Below, piece by piece: positions 42,753-56,519 of a stretch of DNA of 64,000 nt; position 1 is the first letter of the stretch, and each line of letters opens with the position of its first letter. This DNA is from Octopus vulgaris (taxonomy: Eukaryota): assembly GCA_951406725.2 (NCBI GenBank), contig OX597820.1:65162001-65226000 (forward strand), read 5' to 3'. Both the position numbers and the translations under genes were made by a program. A model generated the notes under the pieces. That model saw only the letters and a list, made by a program, of their open reading frames with translations. It ran no database searches and had not been told where the DNA came from.

Positions 42753-43249
42753 CTTACGTACGTGGACACATACATATACACATGTGTGATTACATAAATA
42801 CATACATAAGCACACACACTCATGCATGCATACATACATACATACATACATACATACATACATACATACATACACACACATACATGCATAATGTTCGGAT
42901 GTCGTTGATAGGGGGAAGCTACAAAATGTATGTGTCGTCATGGAGGTCAGCTGTTCTGTTGATGTAAATATCTCTTTGAAAATCACAGAGAAAAAAGGTA
43001 ACCATGGACAATTGCTTTGAAACCTCCAGCTTATAACCCCATATTATAAACTCAAATTTAAATAATAATTGACACACTTGGTTTTGTTAGAGATGCCTAA
43101 ATGATAATCTGGAAATGCTAGAGCTTTCAATAAATGAACTCAACCAACTAACTTGCACATTAGAAATATAGTCTGTAAAAGGAACACTAAAAATATACAA
43201 GACATTTCTCAAGTTTAAAATGTGAATTTGTTTTTGCTATCTGCATTCT

Positions 43250-43495
43250 TATTTCTTTACTGTCCAAAAGGGGCTACACACAGAGGGGACAAATAAGTGG
43301 ACGAACAAGGACAGACACACGGATTAACTCGATTATATCGACCCCAGTGCATAAATGGTACTTATTTAATCGACCCCGAAAGGATGAAAGGCAAAGTCGA
43401 CCTCGGCGGAATTTGAATTCAGAACGTAACGGCAGACGAAATACGGCTACGCATTTCGCCCGGCGTGCTAACGTTTCTGCCAGCCCGGCGCCTTC
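43250..43495 (-). mobile_element. SINE family B, full length with 14-bp TSD
   Basis: Exact TSD GCTATCTGCATTCT at 43236-43249 and 43496-43509. Confidence 0.92.
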
Positions 43496-44139
43496 GCTAT
43501 CTGCATTCTATCGATGCATCTATGTTAGAAGCCATCCCCTTCCCTACAGGAAAATGTCAAATGATTAAAATAGAAAATTAACAACAGTACGTATACACAT
43601 ATATACATACATGCACGCATTTATTCATACAATGACACATACATACATACATACATACATACATACATACATACATACATACATACATACATACATACAT
43701 ACATACATACATACATACATACATACATACATACATAAGCTAAGATTTAGGATCCTCGAGCTAAGAAAGAAAATCGCTAACATGAAATTTAAAGATACTC
43801 TCTGTAAGAGGAACGGTAAAGGTATGCAAAATTTTCTTAAAATTCAATACATAACAATTATTGTTTTATTTCGTTTTTGGATTTGGTTTGCAAGATTCTT
43901 TATGTGAGTTCGTGTGTTGAAACATATTCTGTTGTGTCTGGGAAGAGTAATTTTCTTTTTGTACCTTGTAATTTAACACACTCAGGAAAATAAAAATAAG
44001 AAATAAGTGGAAATTTTACCGGTGAGTGTGTTAAATCCTTGCTTTGTTATTCCAAATTTCAGTTGTGGAGCGCTCGTTTCTTTGTTAGAAGCCGGTCCCC
44101 TTTTTCCTGTAAGAATAATACTAAATAAAACATATGTCG

Positions 44140-44345
44140 GTGTGTCTGTTTGTCCGCACCAACATCACTTGACAACAGATGGTTGTGTGTTTACGTCCCT
44201 GTAACTTAGTGGTTCGGCAAAAGATGTCAACAGACAAGCACGAGGACTTACAAAGAATAAGTCTTGGGTTCGATTTGCTCGACTAACGGCGGTGCTCTAG
44301 CATGGCCGCAGTCAAATGATTGAAATAAAATAAAAGAATAAAAGT
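44140..44345 (+). mobile_element. SINE family A, 3' half
   Basis: ttgacaacagatgg..ggcggtgctctagcatggccgcagtcaaatga. Confidence 0.85.
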
Positions 44346-44400
44346 AGATACCTACCAACATACATATACATATATAATATTTATATATATGTATATTTTG

Positions 44401-44471
<71 letters not shown>

Positions 44472-44813
44472 ATTGTGTTTGTATATATTTGTACGTGTGT
44501 GTGTGTGTGTAGTAAAAGGAAAATTTCTGAGTGTGGAAGGGAAGGGAAAGCATTCACAGTAGTCGATCATGTTCGGTTGGAGCGTGACTTAACATTGCTC
44601 GGAGGATTGCAACACCAATATCTGTAACATCAACAACAACAGGCTGGTCCACAGAGATACAGTTCAGAAAAACAAGAATATATCGCAATTGAGAGAGAGT
44701 CTATCACATTTCGGTTCACGTTAATTTTTCGCTCCCTCAACACTCAGGATATAAATTTCTGTAAGCAAATACAAACGTACATACATACACTCTTACATAC
44801 AAACATACATACA

Positions 44814-44890
<77 letters not shown>

Positions 44891-45042
44891 TTTATATATA
44901 TATATATATACACACATATATATATACATATATATACATATATACATATACATATATATATACATACATATATATATATACATACATATATACATACATA
45001 TATATACATATATATATATACATATATATGTATATACATACA

Positions 45043-45090
<48 letters not shown>

Positions 45091-45358
45091 TGTTTGTCTG
45101 TATGTCCTATATTTTATATATTTTATATTCATAGTCATTAATGCATATTCTACTTGAGATTTTATACGTGTTTACATTAATAACGAATTTGGACAAACTC
45201 GTGCATATACGTATCTTTTCATCAATTACAGACAGACACACACACGCACACACACACACATAACATGTGAGTAATATATATATAGGTGCATACATACATA
45301 CGTACCTTCGTGTGTATGTGAGTGTGAGTACATATATAGTCATATATTTATGCGCGCG

Positions 45359-45393
<35 letters not shown>

Positions 45394-45623
45394 GCAAACT
45401 TATATGTTGGGGTAGGTATGTCTCTGTGTGTGTGTATACGTGTGTGTATGTATACACATACACTTACGCTTATGTTATATAAACATGTACATTTTATAGA
45501 CAAAAAGCTTTTTGAGTAGATTAAATTTGTTTAGTGATAGACGAAATTGGTTTTTTTCTTTTTTTACTTTCATTTTTCCCAAAATTTCTCTCTTCCTTGT
45601 TTATTCCCCCTTTTTATTCCCCC

Positions 45624-45624
<1 letters not shown>

Positions 45625-45677
<53 letters not shown>

Positions 45678-45716
45678 AACTTTTATTATTGTTACTATAA
45701 TAATAATAATAATAAC

Positions 45717-45773
<57 letters not shown>

Positions 45774-45786
45774 CATTATTATTATC

Positions 45787-45870
<84 letters not shown>
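45625..45870. repeat. (ATT)n microsatellite
   Basis: Direct inspection. Confidence 0.95.
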
Positions 45871-45872
<2 letters not shown>

Positions 45873-46159
45873 GTTATCTCGCCCCAATATCCGTGTTGTA
45901 TGTGTAAGTGTTTCTGTGTGTGTATGTGTGTGTGTGTATGTGTGTGTGTGTATGTGTGTGTGTGTGTGTGTGCATGTGTATGTGTGTCTGTATGTGTGTT
46001 TTCCTTTACGTTTGTTTATTATAGTCTAATTATTAAAATGGCTGCAGTAGATATGGCTTGATAGTCACGAAGGTGGGGGTGGGATGGCGGTGATTCGTAT
46101 GGTGGCGACTGATATTTGCGAAGTGTTGTAGCAGTGGTTGGTATTCGCTGCTGGCTTCC

Positions 46160-46423
46160 GGCTGTTGTTGTTATTGTTACTGAACTGGAATTATTGTAGT
46201 GGTAGTGGTGGTGGTGGTGGTGGTGATAGTGGTGGTGGTGATGGTTGTGGCGGCGGTGGTAGCGGTGTTTGTAGAGGCGTTGTTGTTGTTGAGGGGCGTA
46301 GTGATGCTGGAGGTGGCGTCGCTCATGGTGCCCGTCTTCATTTTGGTACGACGTTTTGTTTATATAGGTGATAGCTGTGGTGCCCTTTGGGTCGTAGTGG
46401 TCACTTGCGTTTTGTGGTCGTTG

Positions 46424-46467
<44 letters not shown>

Positions 46468-46531
46468 TGTAGTAGTAGTAGTATTGGTAGTAGTGGTGGT
46501 GGTGGTTGTAGTAGTGGTGCTCGTGGTGTTG

Positions 46532-46571
<40 letters not shown>

Positions 46572-46692
46572 CAGTAGTGTTGATGCTGAGGGTGCTGGTG
46601 GTGATGATGCTGGTGGTGATGATGCTGGTGGTAGTAGAGTGGTAGCAGCACCAGTCGCAACAGCAGCAGCAGTAGATGTTGTTGTTGTTGTT

Positions 46693-46749
<57 letters not shown>

Positions 46750-46795
46750 CTGGCTGTGGTTGTGGTGCTGGTGGTTGTGGTGGTGATGGTTGTAA
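46160..46795. repeat. Compound (GGT)/(AGT)/(GTT) trinucleotide low-complexity tract
   Basis: Direct inspection; source of the poly-V/S/T/L/H/Y ORFs. Confidence 0.9.
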
Positions 46796-47264
46796 GCATC
46801 GAGAAACAGTACTGTCCTCTGGTATGACAGCCTTTTGTCGGATGAGGCAGTCGCTGGTGGTGATGGTAGTGAGGGTGATCGTCATAATCGTATTTATCTT
46901 CGTGGCCGTAGTATTCATGGTCGGGGTTACTTTTGGTTGTTGTTGTTCTTGTTGTTTTTGTTGCCTGTAGCGGTGATATAGAGGGGGCTAATGCTAATGG
47001 TATTTAGTCTAGACTGTCACGGAATGTAGATACTGCGGAATGTGTTTGTCAAGGAGGAGACACCTATTTAGATAGGTCCATTTCATTGATTTCCATATCC
47101 AGCAAATATCGTTTAGGTTTTATTTTCTACTTGTTGAAGTTATTGCAATGTGGCCATGCTGGGGCATCGTATTTAAGGGTTGAAACATTTTTTCGATAAC
47201 ACTGACACTAGTATTTATTGATCTCTTTTATCGAACTGCTTGTTTATAAGGTCGCATATATACT

Positions 47265-47297
<33 letters not shown>

Positions 47298-47854
47298 ATG
47301 TGTGTGTGTGTGTGTGTGCATATAAGTAAAAATAAAATTAAAAAGTCTGGAAAGTGTCCCCCTAATGTCAAAAACTGCAAATGTTACGTACAGAAACAAT
47401 TCTAACTGATCATTAAAGATGTGTTGGAGTATTTCTTTGTTTTATTATTTGGATTACACACGCGCATACACATACACATTCTCACATACACACATACTCA
47501 CACACAAACACATACATACATACACACATGATGGGTTTCCACACAGTTTCCTCGAAACAAATTCCCTCACAAGTTATTGGTTAGCCCGGAGATATAATAG
47601 GAATTATTTCCCTTGTGTGCCTCACGTATTTATCTGAGGTAGGTTAGGCCACTATTTCAAGAACATCAAACGTTCACGTAGAGAACCTCTTTCGTCGACT
47701 TTATTGATTTGTGGTTAGTGGTTAATTAGTGGTTAGTGTCCAATTTCGTGGTGTTTGCCATCCACTTTTTGAAAACTTCACTGGCGGAAAGTAATTTGCA
47801 CCCTCAGATTCGTTTCCAAGAGGAAATTCGATGAAGGTTTGACCAAAGTAATAG

Positions 47855-48568
47855 TACCACTACCTTTTCCACTAATACTATTTCCACCACCATCAGCCTT
47901 TTCATTTCCACCATCTCCACCTGTAGCAATAAAACCACATTTATCCTATCTCCCGCATCCTCTATTAGTTCTCAATACTTCTAGCTTCGTACTCCACACA
48001 TTCTCTGTCGTCATAACTATGAGACAGATGAAAATTATATGTCCAGGCCTATCAAATAAGAGCGATGGCATTATCTTTACGATCGACTTGACAGAGTTGG
48101 AGATATATATGCTTCTGCTTTGGCGATTACACATGTAGCGACAAGGACTGTGAGGGTTAGGGGTTACTACAAAACGTACTATGGCTTGTGGCGTTAGGGG
48201 TCGTGCTGCTGCAACTGATCTGTTGTAGCTGTATTAGTATTCGATATTGTGCTCGAGACGGTGATGAAAGCAGACATGTTTATCGGTGTGAGAGGAGCTA
48301 GTGATAGAGACGAGTGCGATAATGAATTAACATTCCAATGGGCTGGATAACGATAAAAACCTGGAGAGACACCACGTAGCATAGGTGAGCGTATATTTGA
48401 TCACTGGTAGGAATTCAAGTGCAATAGTGATTGTGATAAAAAGCGGCAGTAGTGGTAATAGAGGATGTGGAAGATATGATGAATGTGTTTTTATTGCTAC
48501 TGGTAGAAATTGTGGAAATGAAAAGGCTGATGGTGGTGGAAATAGTATTAGTGGAAAAGGTAGTGGTA
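47855..48568. repeat. Long inverted repeat (~113-bp arms, ~490-bp spacer)
   Basis: 47855-47968 versus 48457-48568; the outer ~55 bp are perfectly complementary. Confidence 0.85.
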
Positions 48569-49205
48569 GTACAACTTCAACCGCAGCTATTAGCAGGATT
48601 ATAGGCGGCGAGTTGACTGACCGCTTGAGCTTTCCTTTACTTTATCTTTTTTTGGAAGTAATATTTCTCTTACCTTGCTGATACATATTCGAATCGCAAA
48701 ATATTTTTAATGACATTTTGTGGTTTAGGTTTACATACGACTCGAGAAACTCGCATATTCTTAACTGTCATCTTGTTCTTTATCACTGCAATTTTTTGTT
48801 GCTTCTGTAGATGGTATGACTTCTGTTGATGTAGCCACGGTTATCGCTGTTTTTGTAGCTACCGGTTTCTTATTTCTGTTGTTGCAGATGTAGATTTTCT
48901 TATTGTAGTCATTATTACTTGGGAGTATAATATTTATTATCAACTTTATTATGAATTTTCTCATCATTGTTCCATAACTGTACTGGTGTCGATATTTCTG
49001 GCATTGTCGGAATTATAACTGCTGTTTGGGTAATTGTTTCCAATACACAAAAGATTCTTTAACGTTTCCTCTGCTCTGAAGGAGTGAGTTGGCTCCCACG
49101 GTTATAAGAATCATCGTCTGCTATTTACACCTCCATCACTGCTGTGGTTATGATAAAATGAATATCTGTCTCAAAGCAGATATACATACATACATACGTA
49201 TATAC

Positions 49206-49269
<64 letters not shown>

Positions 49270-50292
49270 CAATTATCAATGCATCTTCCCTCTTAAACAG
49301 AGAAGACGTATGTATATATTATATTTAACAATATACGTTCCTTCCCTTTCTCTTTCTCTCTTTCTTTCGTCTCCCATTCCTTCCTTTCCTTTTTATAATA
49401 TAACACGATAATAAACGCAACAAACGTAATATAACTAAGATTACATTATTCAAATATTATAACAAATTAAATAGGGGCAGCAGCTGTAAGACTTTTCACT
49501 TTAAACCAAACAATAACAATAACATCAACATAATGATGATGATGATGATGATGATGATAAGGAGGAGTCCTTTTATTTACCATAGCTGAGCCAAATGATG
49601 AGACATTACAAAGACGTTACAATTTATCGGGGAGTGGGGTGAATTTGTGTAAAATGGCTGACGAGCTAAAATGAGTGATGGGGAAAATGAAATGTAAACT
49701 ACACATTGTATAGAATATGTATGACATCCGACTCACAGAAATGGGAATTCTCGTATTCTACAGCCTCTTGCAGTTGAGGTTTTACTCTCCAAATTTAAAG
49801 AACGGACTATCCCAATCGGTCGATTCATCAGTTATGCACTTGCTTCATACTTTCCGTCTCTTAATGGCTGTTATTGTCCTTTCTTTTAACATCACATCTT
49901 ACGTAAAGAGCCATGATTGGCTATCCATTATTGTCTCTAACCCATCGGTCGCTCCAAACTGTTAAATGTCTGCTGAAAACCGCATAGATCTGCTTGGACA
50001 CGAGTAACACGTGCCAGTCTCGGTTCGTCAAAGAACGAATTCTACTTTTGTTTCCACATCGTGCCTCCGCCATCTGAGCCCATCTAACAGTGTTCTTTTC
50101 CTTTGCTTTAGAACATGAGTCCAAAATGTGACAAAGCAGCGTTCATGTTTCGCGTTGAAGAAACAGTCGAAGATTAAACTCACCTCTAGCACGTTGGTCG
50201 CAATTTCCTTACTATTCCATCTTCTTGCTCACTAAATCGCTCCATATCCAGTATATTTCTTTCTTTATCCAGTTTTCCACTAATCGTTAGTA

Positions 50293-50454
50293 GACGCAGG
50301 AGGGGCTGTGTGGTAAGAAGGTTGCTTACCAACCACATGATTCTGGGTTCAGTCCCTTTGCGTGGCACCTTGGGAAAGTGTCTTCTACTATAGCCTCGGG
50401 CCGACTAAAGACTTGTTAGAGGATTTCGTAGACGGAAACTGAAAGAAGCCCGTC

Positions 50455-50493
<39 letters not shown>

Positions 50494-50763
50494 CGTGTGT
50501 GTGTGTGTGTGTGTGAGTGTGTGTGTGTGTCTGTGTGTGTGTGTCTGTGTGTGTGTCTATGTTTGAGTGTCTATGTTTGTCCCCCCAACATCGCTTGACA
50601 ACCGATACTGTTGTGCTTACGTCCCCGTAACTTAGCGGTTCGGCAGAAGAGACCGATAGAATAAGTACTAGGCTTACAAAGAATAAGTCTTGGGGTCGAT
50701 TTGCTCGACTAAAGGCGGTGCTCCAGCATGGCCGCAGTCAAATGACTGAAACAAGTAAAAGAG
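50293..50763 (+). mobile_element. SINE family A, full length, low divergence
   Basis: Complete head, central TA/TG tract and tail. Confidence 0.92.
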
Positions 50764-51786
50764 GATTTCGTATTGAATGACCTTTTTCAAGTCATCACGT
50801 CACCAGTTGTTGACGATTGCTTCCATTCACCAACGCTTTACAATCTCTCAAAATGTTGTCTCTGTAATCTTTGTGAACAATATGCTTTTAACCTCTCAGA
50901 TAAAATAATCTCTTCGTGTGTATCATATCTAAGTCAACTGAGAGGACAGTGTAATCGACCAGCTTAAATTATAAACATCCCATAATAAGTCCATCAACTG
51001 TGCTGATCAACGCTCTATCTCGGAATGGTTTGAATGGTTTACTGAATGTGAATTCTTTCATTCTGAGGAGTTTCAGTTCACGTTCCACCGACCGCATTGG
51101 TTTGTAGATATAGTGCAGCTTGATTGGAAAGACAAGCTTCACAGTCATGCATGCGTATCCTTCGCGTTACGTAAATGTTCCCATCCTGAAAAGTTTGTCG
51201 TGATGAAAGAGATAAACATTACATAAACATAACTAGATGCTGATACAAATAAACAGGGAGAGAGAAGAGGAGACAGTGAGAAAGAGAGAAAACGAGAGAA
51301 ACATTAATGTGAGGGAAACATTGATACTTCCAAATGAGTGATACGAAATAAATGGCCCTGAAACAGATATGCTAAAGCATCTCATAGCATTTCCTCCAGA
51401 ATTAATGATAGACCAATCATTTTGGATTTTTTACACATTTTTTTCCAATTTAAAAGTTCTTTGGATAGTTGTGCATAATATATCCTTCTGGATATTGTCA
51501 CTCATGTAAACGAACAGAGCTCTGTAAGATGGAAATGTTGATGTTCCATAGTGCGGATTGTTTAACTTCTGGAGAACTATGAAGTCATGGCAACATCTCT
51601 GAGACAAGATGCGCATCTTTGCTCTACACTTGACGGAGAAACTGCAGCTCTGAGATGCGGTTGACAAAAAATGAAGACGTCCCAGTACCTTCTTGCATGG
51701 CAATTAATTATGATTACTAAAATATTTTTATGACTAATCGTAATATTGTCATAGCTAATCGTGTTTCGTAATTACTATAATACCTA

Positions 51787-52005
51787 GGGCGGCGAGCTGG
51801 CGGAAACGTTAGCGTGCCAGATACAATGCTTAGCCTCATTTCGTACGTCTTAACGTTCTGAGTTCAAATGCTGCCAGATGAAAGACTTTGTCTTTCACAC
51901 TTTCGAGGTCGAGAAAATCAGTGTCAGTTAAGAAACACTGGGGTGGATGCAATCGACTTAATTACATTCCGAAATTCCTGGCCTTGACCAAAATTGAAAA
52001 GCAAT
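51787..52005 (+). mobile_element. SINE family B (short-tail variant)
   Basis: ggcggcgagctggcggaaacgttagc..cgttctgagttcaaat. Confidence 0.85.
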
Positions 52006-52761
52006 ATAATACCTAACTAACTTTCATAAATAATCTAATATCTGCTTATGATCTATAAACAATTTACAACAAATCATCAATGATAAATTAGATTTTAACT
52101 AATTTTAATAACTGATCTTGATTTTGCTTATGGTTTATAAGTTATTTTTCTTTATAATAAACTGGGATTTATAACTTATCATAAATTATGACTGATAAAT
52201 TATCTTTATAATAAATTATATAACAAATGCATAATAAATTATTTCATAACTCATGATTGATAACTAATTTTGGTCTTAATTATGCTTAATAAACAATATT
52301 ATATCTAAATATGATTTGTAAATAATTCATCGCAAATTGTGATCGATAAAATGTTTCATATAATTTTTTTACTAAATGCTATTTATATATAATTTGGTAA
52401 TTCATTAAGATTCATAAATAATGAATTAACTAAATATCATCTAATCAAATATTATACTTAATTGCGCTTTTAACTAATTGAAAACAAAAAAAAGATATGA
52501 TTAATGATCATCTAATTAATTTCTTGTAATTATGAGTTATAAGTAATTTCATAAAAAATGTAGCTAATAACTAAGATTGTTTGTCATTATGACGTATGAT
52601 GTATTATAACTAATTATGATGAATTGTAACTAATTCAAATTGTAGTTAATTGCATTGTCTTATTATGATTTAAATTTAATTTTATAAGATTTATAATTAA
52701 AATTTAAAAAATACTTTTATGAATTGTATTCGAAATATTCACTTAGCGTCACGAAGTAAAA

Positions 52762-52844
<83 letters not shown>

Positions 52845-52851
52845 CATACAT

Positions 52852-52884
<33 letters not shown>

Positions 52885-53279
52885 ACGCTATGTATGTGTT
52901 TATATAACATAATTTTATAATTATATAAAGTTTTTCTATATCTAATGGTTAATGAGTTCTTTTAAAAGCAAATAATTATTTCTGTTAATAACGTTTCTAA
53001 CATTGGTTTTTCTTTTATATAAAACATTTTTCGTTTCAGTTAAAGGTTTAGAAAGAAGTATAAAACAAAAAAAAATAAACTTTCGCTGATTAGATACTCA
53101 GTCTGATTGCATATTCTCAAACACTTGTTTTCCTATACGTATACTGTTTGGTAAACATCATCATTGCACTTGGCCTGAAGATAAAATTATTGTCTCCCAC
53201 TGTCTCAGCTCACCTAGCAGTAAGTAGGTATTACGAAATAAGTGACATGCATCGCTCTAATAAATTGCATCACTTTGCA

Positions 53280-54500
53280 TAATTAGTGAAAGTATTGTTA
53301 GAGTCTATGATCCAACTGAAGTTCTTATGTTGATTTCGAGTAAATGAATCGCTATCGTTTTCGAAGATGCGAAGTTAGTTGTTTGATCATCGGGCCTCTT
53401 ACGCGCTTACTCATTGAAATAGCGTGTAATTTGCTTAATATTCTCTATATCCATGGGTATAAAGACTTTCTGAGAATTTACAATCCCTTCAAAACATTCT
53501 GTGCAATTTTTTCTTCCTTAATTTATTTTACAAATCTTAGATCGAAACGATTCCATGGTAAATAACACTTTTCCTGAATCGCCCGAAGTAGAATTGATTT
53601 CGGATCATTGTGATTGGGAAATTAACTTTTTAATTCTTCGGCCAAGTTGCATTCACAAAATCAAGCGATTTAAAATTTAACCATTAGTCAGTCACTGAAC
53701 ATCGTTCCGAATCATGTCAGTCGGCATTTTTTTATATTTATATTTTTACACTAAGCGTTATGGCATGTCGTTGTTCGCTCTTCTATCCATCAAGTCCTAA
53801 TCTTTACAGACATGAAGATTAATTAATGGATTTCCAGGCTTTCAGCAATATATATATATAACTCGAATTTTCTTTTTGAAGACTGTAAAATATACTTTGA
53901 AGAAACTTTCTAGTTAATTCTAATAGGCCGAGTGACCGCATATTAACTATTATTAACTCATTTTTTAGACTCAGTTCTATGTCTAGGTTTCGGCTACCAA
54001 CCGACGCACCGGTGTCTATTAAATTCCATACGGTCATCCGCTGGTAACTGAATGACATTTAATTAGAGTACATGAGAATTTATTGTAATAGTCCTACTAC
54101 ATGTACAAATTCGTACGTGCTTGTGCAATATATGTGTACGTGTGCTTGTGTGTGTATGTGTGTGTGTGTGTGTTTATGTATGCATGTGTAACATGTGAAT
54201 GGCCTAGCGTATGAAGTATTAATGAGCGTAGATCAGCGGTTGGTGTTTCTTAATACTTCTTTTGTATTGATGCATTCAACCTACATTTTACGCGGTGGTG
54301 CCAAAGCAATCTGTGGAATATTCAATTGCATACTAAATTCCTTAGATACAAGAAATCTTCAACTTCAGTCAAAAGTTTTACTAGTCAGTTTACTTAACTG
54401 TTAAAAATAGGCATTGAACCATCTGGAAATGATTTATCATATCACAATTTATCAATCACTCCATAATGCTGTCAGGTTTAGATCCTAGATCAATACGGGG
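53280..54500 (-). pseudogene. Heavily decayed Helitron Pif1-type helicase region
   Basis: Ordered minus-strand fragments TSKTF, GSRNLDIELSLK..VNMR, WIEERTTTCHN..NINIKKMP, KVNFPITMIRN, SQKVFIP and LHAISMSK parallel GTGKTF, GSR..I.ASLK..NMR, WL.ERAILAP.N, KVG.PIMLLRN, G..VFIPRI and LAFA.TINK. Confidence 0.55.
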
Positions 54501-55154
54501 AATTTCTAAACTAATATTAAAATCCAACAAGCAAACATTGATGATGTACAAAACTACAGTTCGAAAATATATATTACGGTGATAGCGTCTACAACAGTCT
54601 CAGTCTTGCCTTTGTAGAGGCAGCAACATATGCTAAACTCACTAGGTGAGACTCTACTGTTCGAGTAAGATCGATTGTAGTTTTCGAAAGAAAATACAAG
54701 AAATTCGGACAAGAACATGAACAAAAACTTTATGAAAGCAATGTTTGATCTCACTTTCCTTCTGTATATGCATATATATATATATATATTATTTAATAAA
54801 CACAATGCATATAATTTTATTATCTATTAATAGTCTCATACGATGAAAACTACTCAGACAGCATTTATAACACGTCTGGTGCTCTTACGAAATCCTTAGG
54901 TTCTGCGCATATAGCATAGTACGCCATAAGAGGACGATAGAAAAGTAGAAAATACGAAAAGAGGCGAGAAGAAACCAGATGTAAAAAGTGGAAAAAGTTT
55001 GAAAACACCGGAAAACGAAAGGGAAGAAAGAAAAAAGGGGGCAAATTAATGTTATGCTCTCTTTGACCTTAAAGTCATAAGGTTGAATGAATAGAGACTT
55101 AGAGTCTGCAGTACAGCGGCTTAATTCGGACAGGACAGTATTTTCCAATTCGCA

Positions 55155-55750
55155 CACATGAACTTATCAATATATTTATACCTGCTGAAAATTTCAGATC
55201 TGGAATTCATCAGTGCAGTGGAGTTCTTAGATCTGAAATCAATTTATGACCTTTCAGATACGAATAGCTTGCATTTTTTTTCTCTGTTTACATATGATGT
55301 GGACTTTTCAATTATTTTCTATATGATTCAAACCCCGTACATGACTAACCAACTTAGTGGCTTTACTTTTGTCCCCGTGTCGGAAAAAAAGATATGTGGT
55401 TAGATTAACAATTTTTGCAATCCCTTTCACTTAGGTCGATGTAGTGTTTGCTTTCGATTATGTTATCATTTAGCGTTGCTATAACTTCTGCCTAATATAT
55501 GACAGGTTGAATCATATCCCTGATCGGGTGGACAGGTTTCTGGGATTCAACAGTTGCAACTAGGAGTGGGCTATTGTACACATATAATGATGCTTTCCAT
55601 ATTGAGGCAGCAGCTATATGATAATTTGACTGAGAACCTGTCGAATATTTTTCTGTACCTGTGATATATTGATTTAAGAGAGACAGGAATCTTTTATCTA
55701 TGTGGGTTTTAAGGTTAAGTGAACAGGGGAGGGGCGAACCAAATTATTCA
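55155..55750 (-). pseudogene. Naiad-type Penelope-like element: linker, Cys motif and GIY-YIG
   Basis: IIWFAPP..LKTHIDKRFLSLL..HRYRKIFDRFSVKLSYSCCLNMESII, SCNC*IPETCP, VIY*AEV..KHYIDLSERD..NHISFFRH..KATKLVSHV and LMNSRSEIFSR match the Naiad motif series. Confidence 0.85.
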
Positions 55751-55776
55751 TCAAGGCCTATTTTTATTTGTTATTC

Positions 55777-56175
55777 GCGTAGGAGTGGCTGTGTGGTAAG
55801 AAGCTTGATTACAAACCACATGGTTTCAGGTTCAGTCCCACTCCGTAGCACCTTGGGCAAGTGTCTTCTTCTATAGCATCGGGCCGACTAAAGCCTTGTG
55901 AGTAGATTTGGTAGATGGAAACTGAAAGAAGCCCTTCGTATATATGTATGTGTGTGTATATGTTTGTGTGTCTGTGTTTGTACCCCAACATCGCTTGACA
56001 ACTGATGCTGGTGTGTTTACGTCCCCGTAACTTAGTGGTTCGGCAAAAGAGACCGATAGAATAATTACTAGGCTTCCAAAGAATAAGCCCTGGGGTCTAT
56101 TTGCTCGACTAAAGGCGGTGCTCCAGCATGGCCACAGTCAAATGACTGAAACAAGTAAAATAGAGTTAAAGAATA
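55777..56175 (+). mobile_element. SINE family A, full length
   Basis: gcgtaggagtggctgtgtggtaag head through to gactgaaacaagtaaaatagag tail; sits against the Naiad relic. Confidence 0.92.
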
Positions 56176-56519
56176 CTGTTACTAGACGAATTATAAATTA
56201 ATTCATCGTTAAAACTACTAATGGCTAGGGTAGTGTTGTACTGGGCTATTTTCTTGAAAATTACTTTAGAGGAAAAAGGTTAGATGTTCAGTTGCCAATG
56301 TTCACAGTCAGGTTTTTAAACACTGTGGAAAGCTGATAAGACTGTTTACCAGTCTCTCCTCCATAATGGGAAAAATAAAACGTTAAATATATAAAATATA
56401 AATTAACAAAATCTCTTATTCAGACCATTCTTTAATATAGACAAGTATCAGCTTTAATATAAATTAACATGTTATAAAATTATTACCCACACGATATCAT
56501 ATATATATATGTATATATA

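Noticed and set aside
46019-46918. 299-aa low-complexity ORF
   Set aside because: It is a compound trinucleotide repeat that is open in several frames on both strands.
55180-55220. CTGATGA..GAAA on the minus strand
   Set aside because: It lies within Naiad coding sequence (LMNSRSEIF) and has no proper stem II or cleavage triplet.
55540-55565. In-frame TGA after CNC in the Naiad relic as possible selenocysteine
   Set aside because: It falls at the Arg position of CNCR (likely CGA>TGA decay) rather than at a Cys, and the copy has other stops and frameshifts.
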